Shown here: in pieces, positions 58,593 through 64,000 of the stretch | How positions within the stretch are numbered: the stretch's first letter is position 1 | How the letters are laid out: the number at the start of each line of letters is the position of its first letter | NCBI GenBank assembly: GCA_965250285.1 | Contig: OZ252299.1 | Location: 224,001-288,000, forward strand | Direction: 5' to 3' | From: Myxococcota bacterium | GTDB lineage: Bacteria; Myxococcota_A; UBA9160; UBA4427 | DNA: 64,000 nucleotides | The notes under the pieces: generated by a model | The model's input: only the letters and a program-made list of their open reading frames with translations | Told to the model about the DNA's origin: nothing | Database searches by the model: none | Translations under genes and position numbers: made by a program

Positions 58593-59566
58593 CCTCTCTC
58601 GTCGTGTGCCGCGCCGCGCTTCGTTCGGTCGGCGAGCGCGGCGTAGTCGACCTCCGTCAGCTCGATGCTGCGCTGCCAGAGCGCCTCGGCCAGCGTGTCG
58701 TCGCGCGCGCGCTCCGAGGGCTGCACCTTGACGGCGCGCTTCCCGCGCATCTGGAAGCGCCCCGACGGCGCGTAGTAGTCGCCATTTTCGCTGGTCGAAT
58801 CGGTCGCGGCTGCGACCGTCGGGATCGCGCCCTGGTCGGCCGATTGAGCGAGCAAGCGGTTGCCGAGGCGAAAGATGCGGTCGCGGAGGGAGGGCGTCTC
58901 GCGTTCGTCCTTGTCGGCGAGAAGGCTCGTCGCCGAGTAGCCCGGATGGGCGCCGACCGCGATCGGGCCGTCTTGGTAATCGGCGAGTCGGCCTGCCAGC
59001 GAGCGCAGATAGAGCAGGTTGGCGAGCTTGCTGTTCGCGTAGGCGCTCCAGCGGTTGTAGCTGTGCTCGCCCTGCAGATCGTCGAGATCGACGCGACCTG
59101 CGGTGTGGGCGTTGCTGCCGACCTGCACGATGCGCGACCTGGGGGTCGCGAGCAGCGGTTCGAGCAGCTGACCAGCGAGCGCGAAGTGCCCGAGGTGATT
59201 GATGCCCATGTGCATCTCGAAACCGTCGCGCGTGAGCGTGCGCGGCAGGCCCATGACGCCGGCGTTGTGGCAGAGCACATCGAGTCGATCCAGCCGCGCA
59301 CACAGTCGCCCAGCGAGGTCGGCCACCGACGAAAGGTCGGCGAGGTCGAGCGCTTCGAACTCGAGTCGGGCCTTCGGGTCGTGCTGTTTCAGGTAGTCGA
59401 TGGCCCGCGCGGCCTTCGGCTCGGATCGGCACGCGAGGACGACGTGCGCCCCGCGAGCGGCGAGCTGTCGGGTCGCGGCGAGGCCGATGCCGCTGTTCGC
59501 CCCGGTCACGACGACCGTGCGCCCCTCGAGGTCGCGCTGCGCGGGCTCTGCGGCTCGGTCGTTCAT
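58589..59566 (-). CDS. SDR, retinol-dehydrogenase/protochlorophyllide reductase-like
   Basis: TGANSGIG, LACR, LDLADLSSV, NAGVM, NHLGHF, YANSKLAN, HPG. Confidence 0.9.
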   Translation of the reverse strand: MNDRAAEPAQRDLEGRTVVVTGANSGIGLAATRQLAARGAHVVLACRSEPKAARAIDYLKQHDPKARLEFEALDLADLSSVADLAGRLCARLDRLDVLCHNAGVMGLPRTLTRDGFEMHMGINHLGHFALAGQLLEPLLATPRSRIVQVGSNAHTAGRVDLDDLQGEHSYNRWSAYANSKLANLLYLRSLAGRLADYQDGPIAVGAHPGYSATSLLADKDERETPSLRDRIFRLGNRLLAQSADQGAIPTVAAATDSTSENGDYYAPSGRFQMRGKRAVKVQPSERARDDTLAEALWQRSIELTEVDYAALADRTKRGAAHDERG

Positions 59567-59772
59567 CACGCTCCGTCTCGGGCAGCGGGGGCTCGCGCCA
59601 TGCGCGCGCAACGGCAGCGAGGAAGGGCCCGATCGGCCCGTGTGCCCCCGCGGCGGCACGGTAGCAGGCTCGTCCGCGGTCTCGTCCAGATCCGTGGGCC
59701 TCCGACGATGCGCTGCGTCCGATATGCTCTGGCGCTGGGTTCGAGCCCATACCCGCGCCCGGGAGGATCGTC

Positions 59773-60435
59773 ATGTTCTTCAAGAAAGACCCTCGCATGC
59801 CCACCGCCGAAGAGGCCTTTCCGGGGCGCGAAGCCCGAATGCCGGTGGCCTCGACCCATCTCGTGACGGGTGAGCCCATGGAGCCCGACCTCGATGGTCT
59901 CGAGGAGGCGATCTTCGGGCTCGGCTGCTTCTGGGGGGCCGAGCGCAAGTTCTGGCAGATGGACGGCGTGGTCACGACCGCGGTCGGCTACGCCGGTGGA
60001 TTCACACCCAACCCGACCTACGAAGAGGTGTGCACCGGTCGCACCGGGCATACCGAGGTCGTCCGCGTGGTGTACGACCCGAAGCGCGTCTCGTTCGCCG
60101 CGCTGCTCTCGATGTTCTGGGAGAGCCACGACCCGACCCAGGGCATGCGCCAGGGCAACGACGTCGGCACGCAGTACCGGTCGGTGATCCATGCGACGAG
60201 CGACGAGCAGCTTCGCGTCGCGCTCGCCTCGAAGGAAGCGTTCGAGAAGCGCCTCGGCGAGGCCGGCTACGGCGCGATCACGACAGAGATCGTTCCGGCG
60301 CCTGCGTTCTACTTCGCCGAGGACTATCACCAGCAGTATCTCGCGAAGAATCCGAACGGCTACTGCGGTCTCGGCGGCACCGGTGTGTGCGTGGCCGAGG
60401 GCGAGATCGAAGCCGCGAGCGGCGAGGCGCCCTGA
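59773..60435 (+). CDS. msrA: Peptide methionine sulfoxide reductase A
   Basis: [39 protein letters not shown]. Confidence 0.97.
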   Translation: MFFKKDPRMPTAEEAFPGREARMPVASTHLVTGEPMEPDLDGLEEAIFGLGCFWGAERKFWQMDGVVTTAVGYAGGFTPNPTYEEVCTGRTGHTEVVRVVYDPKRVSFAALLSMFWESHDPTQGMRQGNDVGTQYRSVIHATSDEQLRVALASKEAFEKRLGEAGYGAITTEIVPAPAFYFAEDYHQQYLAKNPNGYCGLGGTGVCVAEGEIEAASGEAP

Positions 60436-60447
60436 GCCCAAGCCAGG

Positions 60448-61257
60448 TCAGGCGAGATACATCCCCGCATTGATCTGGTAGATCTGACCGGTGACGAAGC
60501 CGAGCGTGCGGGCGTCGGCGAGGGCGGCAACGGCCGAGGCCATCTCGCGCGGTTCGGCGATCCGGCCGAGCAGTGTGCCGCGCTCCATCGCCTTCTTCAC
60601 CTCGGGCGGGACGGCCGCGAGCATCGGCGTGTCGACCGGGCCCGGCGCGATCGCGTTCACGCGGGCGCGATAGCCCGAGAACTCGAGTGCAGTGGTCCGC
60701 GTCATCGCTTCGATGGCGCCCTTCGCGGCCGTGTAGTCGATCTGGCCGACGTTGCCGCTGCGCGCGCTCACCGACGAGAAGTTCACGATGAACCGGTTCA
60801 CGCCATCGTCGAGCGGTGTGTTGCCGTTCTGCTTGAAGAGCGGATGCCAGTGCTGCGCGGCGACTTCGCGCGTGAACAGGAACGTGCCGTGCACGTGCAC
60901 GCCCATGACGAATTTGAAGTCGTCGTAGCTCTTCTTCGCGATGCGGGCGTCCTTGGTGACGCCGGCCACGTTGACGACGCCGTTGATCGTGCCCGTTGCC
61001 TCGAGCGCCATTCCGACGGCGCGCTTCACGTCTTCTTCTTCGGTGACGTTGGCCGGGGCGATGACCGGCTCGACCTGCGCGTCGTCCGCGAGGGCCGCGC
61101 GCGCGTCGGCGAGGCGCCCTTCGTCGAGGTCGACCATCACGACCTGCGCGCCGTGCTTCGCGAGCATGCCTGCGACCGCGTGGCCAATGCCCTGGGCGGC
61201 GCCGGTCACGATGTGGGTTTCGCCGATGAAGGCGTCGCTTCGGAGGACGGGATCCAT
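60448..61257 (-). CDS. SDR, FabG-like
   Basis: TGAAQGIG, NVAGVTKD, GNVGQIDYTAAK, NAIAPG. Confidence 0.85.
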   Translation of the reverse strand: MDPVLRSDAFIGETHIVTGAAQGIGHAVAGMLAKHGAQVVMVDLDEGRLADARAALADDAQVEPVIAPANVTEEEDVKRAVGMALEATGTINGVVNVAGVTKDARIAKKSYDDFKFVMGVHVHGTFLFTREVAAQHWHPLFKQNGNTPLDDGVNRFIVNFSSVSARSGNVGQIDYTAAKGAIEAMTRTTALEFSGYRARVNAIAPGPVDTPMLAAVPPEVKKAMERGTLLGRIAEPREMASAVAALADARTLGFVTGQIYQINAGMYLA

Positions 61258-61315
61258 GTCGGGCTCGATCTCTGTTCGTGTTTTTCGAGTGGGTCGGCTC
61301 GGGTGGCGGCGCGGC

Positions 61316-61735
61316 TCAGCTCTCGACGAGGTTCGCGAGGGCGGCGAGCGCGCCGGTGTAGGCACCGGTCATGGCGGGCTTCACGGCTTCGGCGTCGACC
61401 CCGTCGGGCGTCTCGAAGCGCGCGCTCCACTCGACCTTGCAGCCGCTCCCTTCAGGCTTGACCTCGATCGTGGCGAGATAGTCGATGACGGGCGCAGGGC
61501 CGTCGGTGATCGAGTACGAGAGGCTCTTCGCCGATGTGTCGTGGGCCTCGAGCCGCTCGACGACGCACGTCGTTTCGTTGAAGTAGAGCTTGCGGACGGC
61601 GCCGACGCCTTCGCCCTCGACTTCGTTCTTGGCGATGCCCGGCATCCAGTCGCCGAGGCCGGCAAAGTCGCCGAGCTTGCTCCAGACGGTATCGGCGTCC
61701 GCCGTGAAGCTGCGTTCCACGATGAAGTCGGCCAT
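61316..61735 (-). CDS. SRPBCC (polyketide cyclase-like) family protein
   Basis: VWSKLGDF..W.PG, GVGAVR, ERL, SYSI; AAGGA RBS. Confidence 0.85.
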   Translation of the reverse strand: MADFIVERSFTADADTVWSKLGDFAGLGDWMPGIAKNEVEGEGVGAVRKLYFNETTCVVERLEAHDTSAKSLSYSITDGPAPVIDYLATIEVKPEGSGCKVEWSARFETPDGVDAEAVKPAMTGAYTGALAALANLVES

Positions 61736-61842
61736 GGGGGTGTCCTTTCGGTCGTCTCGCGGACGCGTTCGCGTGCGCATTGGAAGGGGGTGTGGGGCGC
61801 GGAGTCTACCGAACGAAGCGGGCGGCGCCGCGGGGGAGCGGC

Positions 61843-62685
61843 CTAGAAGTACTTGGCGTGCGAGGTACAGACCAGGAGCGCGCTGCGGTCGAGCGCCTCG
61901 TCTCGATCGACTGCGGCCGCTGCATAAGCGTCTGAAGTCGCCATGCCGACGAAGTCGGCGCGCGAGGGGTACTCGACGCAGGCGAGCTCGTCCCAGGACT
62001 GGGCCGGGGTGCCGTCGTCGGGTGACAGTCGCGTGCCGCGCGAGCGCAGTCGACCGCCGAGCCCGGCGATCATGCGGGTGACGACGCGCCCGTAGCGCCC
62101 ATAGGCTTCGCGACCGGCGCGCATGTTGCCCTGCGCGTCGCGTCGATACTGAAGCAGATTGAGCATGATCACCTTGCCCTCGATCCCCGATGCCGCATAG
62201 GCCTCGACGGCTTCGCGCGACGGGCGCAGCGACGGGTCGCCGTCGACGAGCACCGCGGCTTCGAGTCGCGATGGATCGGACAGGTCGGCGATGGGCGTGC
62301 GACGGCCCCGTAGCGCGAAGAGCCGGAAGAATGCGCGCGCCGCGACGCGCTCGAATGCAGGCGCCGGGCGGAAGGCGAGCGTGCGGACGCGGTCAACGAG
62401 CGCGTCGAGCCCCCACTCCCGGCGCGCAGCGAGCGCGTCGATCGCGTCCTTCTTGGATGGGTACGTGTGAATCAGCACCTCATTGGGCGCGTCGCTCACG
62501 TCTCCGAAGAAGACCTGGTCGACGTGCCCGGCCCATTCGACGCCGCCTCGATGCTGACTCGCGGCGCGCGTCGTGACGGCTTCGGTCGCGAGGCCGGCCT
62601 CGGGGTTCTTCGCGGTGATCAAGTCGAGCAGGCCGACCCGGCCCTGGTTCGGCAGATGCTTGAATGCGTCGTCGAGGGCGGGCAC
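61843..62685 (-). CDS. DUF1330-like protein (tandem domains)
   Basis: MLNLLQY, GREAYGRYG, WDELACVEYPSR..F, YAAAAVDR..AL; weaker N-terminal copy. Confidence 0.65.
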   Translation of the reverse strand: MPALDDAFKHLPNQGRVGLLDLITAKNPEAGLATEAVTTRAASQHRGGVEWAGHVDQVFFGDVSDAPNEVLIHTYPSKKDAIDALAARREWGLDALVDRVRTLAFRPAPAFERVAARAFFRLFALRGRRTPIADLSDPSRLEAAVLVDGDPSLRPSREAVEAYAASGIEGKVIMLNLLQYRRDAQGNMRAGREAYGRYGRVVTRMIAGLGGRLRSRGTRLSPDDGTPAQSWDELACVEYPSRADFVGMATSDAYAAAAVDRDEALDRSALLVCTSHAKYF

Positions 62686-62778
62686 GCGCGATCCTGTCGA
62701 GTGCGGCGGGCCGGCGCGTCGCGCGACCGGCCGGGTAGACGGCGGAGCGCCGCGAGTCTATCACGCGGCCGGTCGAGC

Positions 62779-62784
62779 TAGCCT
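62779..62784 (+). promoter_or_regulatory. -10 box of a probable leaderless transcript
   Basis: TAGCCT followed 6 nt later by the ATG at 62791. Confidence 0.4.
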
Positions 62785-62790
62785 CAGGGC

Positions 62791-63543
62791 ATGAAGTCGT
62801 CTCGAGGCCGGTCTCTGGGGAGCGCCGATGGTCGCATTCGATTGCGCGGCGTCGAGTCGATTGCGGCTGCACTGGACGACGGTGCGCCGGTCCGCGCGCT
62901 CTTCGTCGACGAAACGGCGAAGCGGAGCGAGGTCGGCGCGATCGCGAGCCGCGCGGACGCGGCCAAGATCCCCGTGCGGCGCATCGGACCGCGCGCACTG
63001 CGCCGCCTCGGAGGCCCCGGTGATCCGGTCGAGGCCCTGGCCCTCGTCGGGCCCGATCCGACTGCGACGATCGAAGAGACCCTGCACCGAAGCGGTGCCG
63101 TCTGGCTGCTGGTCGGCACCGAGTACCCGGGCAACGCAGGGCTGGCCGCCCGCACGGCCGAGGTGTCGGGCGCCGCGGGCGTCTGCATCGACGCACCGTT
63201 TGATCGCGCCGGACGCATGGCGTGTCTGCGCGCATCGATGCGCTCGGATCGGCTCATGCCGGTGCACTTCGCCGCCGCCGACGACGTGCTTCGCGCAGCG
63301 CGCGGCGCCGGGCGCCGCGTCGTCGTGGTCGAAGACGTCGGGGGGCGCGCGCCGTGGGAGGTCGACCTGACCGACCCCGTGCTCTTCGTCGTCGGCGGCG
63401 AGGCCGACGGCGTGCCGAACGCGCTCATCGAGCACGCCGATGCGTGCGTCCGCATCCCGACGCCGGGCTTCGTCTCGTCGTACAACCTGCAGGCCGCGAT
63501 GGCCGTGGTGGTCGGCGAGCAGCTTCGGCAGCTCGGGCTCTAG
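62791..63543 (+). CDS. TrmH/SpoU family RNA methyltransferase
   Basis: YPGNAGLAAR, VVGGEADGV, VRIP..G.VSSYNL. Confidence 0.8.
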   Translation: MKSSRGRSLGSADGRIRLRGVESIAAALDDGAPVRALFVDETAKRSEVGAIASRADAAKIPVRRIGPRALRRLGGPGDPVEALALVGPDPTATIEETLHRSGAVWLLVGTEYPGNAGLAARTAEVSGAAGVCIDAPFDRAGRMACLRASMRSDRLMPVHFAAADDVLRAARGAGRRVVVVEDVGGRAPWEVDLTDPVLFVVGGEADGVPNALIEHADACVRIPTPGFVSSYNLQAAMAVVVGEQLRQLGL

Positions 63544-63562
63544 CTCGGGCGTTCGCCGGCGC

Positions 63563-64000
63563 TCAGCCCATTGGCAGATAGAGCAGCACGCGCGTGCCCA
63601 CGCCCGGCACGCTGTGAACGCGCATCGCAGCGCCGAGCCGCTCGGCCCGGGTCGCGGCCAGGGCGAGCTCGAGGGTGCGCACGTCTCGCGGCCCCGCGCC
63701 TTCACGGGTCGCGATGAACTGGCACGCCTTCCGCGACAGGGAGATCGCCGTGTCATGGATCTCGAGGAAGACGTGCGGGTCTTCGGTCGTGAGCGGGAAT
63801 CGGTCGATCGTCGGGTCGACGCACGACGAGAGTGCGAGCCCGGGCTCGGCGAGGCCGGTCGTGATGCTGATCGTGCCCCACTCGGTCCCGATCGCTTCGG
63901 CGGCCGAGTCGACGAGCGCTCGGACGAGGTCATCGAACGACGCGTCGTCGACCGTGGCGCCGGGCAGGCGATCCGAGAATGCGATGTCGAACGCGACGCT
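63563..64000 (-). CDS. C-terminal part of a degenerate HATPase_c (histidine kinase-like) protein, truncated by window edge; not in the ORF track
   Basis: Manual translation: ...LVRALVDSAAEAI...GTISITTG...VFLEIHDTAIS...RTLELALA...MRVHSVPGVGTRVLLYLP. Confidence 0.6.
   Translation of the reverse strand, partial: SVAFDIAFSDRLPGATVDDASFDDLVRALVDSAAEAIGTEWGTISITTGLAEPGLALSSCVDPTIDRFPLTTEDPHVFLEIHDTAISLSRKACQFIATREGAGPRDVRTLELALAATRAERLGAAMRVHSVPGVGTRVLLYLPMG

Noticed and set aside
1..64000. tRNA, rRNA, IS elements, integrases, prophage or defence islands
   Set aside because: No recognisable motifs, terminal repeats or extended low-GC segments were seen by eye; small RNAs could have been missed.

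Overview
A very GC-rich (about 70% by eye), gene-dense bacterial chromosome segment with about 47 protein-coding genes. I found no rRNA, tRNA, CRISPR array, integrase or transposase. Most genes are lipid/steroid/aromatic catabolic enzymes: SDRs, three luciferase-like (probably F420-dependent) oxidoreductases, amidohydrolases, NTF2/SnoaL proteins, a fused ChsH2-ChsH1 hydratase next to Ltp2, a sulfotransferase with DUF1214, and DUF3604. Housekeeping genes include xth, msrA, GST and a TrmH-family methylase. Diderm features (sigma-54 activator, DUF748, BON lipoprotein, outer-membrane barrel) mixed with actinobacterial-type catabolism suggest an uncultured Myxococcota/deltaproteobacterial-type organism (inference only). 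Two loci stand out. (1) 6.5-15.4 kb: an MMPL exporter divergent from a PilZ + LuxD-like thioesterase + SAM-methyltransferase fusion, followed by a membrane HK-REC-HK double kinase, with sigma-54/IHF and sigma-28-like promoter elements. This is a candidate c-di-GMP-gated fatty-acid-methyl-ester signalling system analogous to Ralstonia phcBSR. (2) 23.2-27.1 kb: betaine-lipid genes btaAB preceded by an Mpo1-like + Fe(II)/2-oxoglutarate-oxygenase-like + PEMT-like triple fusion, a candidate betaine-lipid tailoring pathway. Other oddities are a DapF with both catalytic Cys replaced by Ser, a ParB/Srx protein with a histone-like tail next to SixA, a BON lipoprotein interrupted by an in-frame TAG, and a degenerate HATPase. 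All calls come from manual motif recognition; no searches were run, and several start codons were reassigned by eye.
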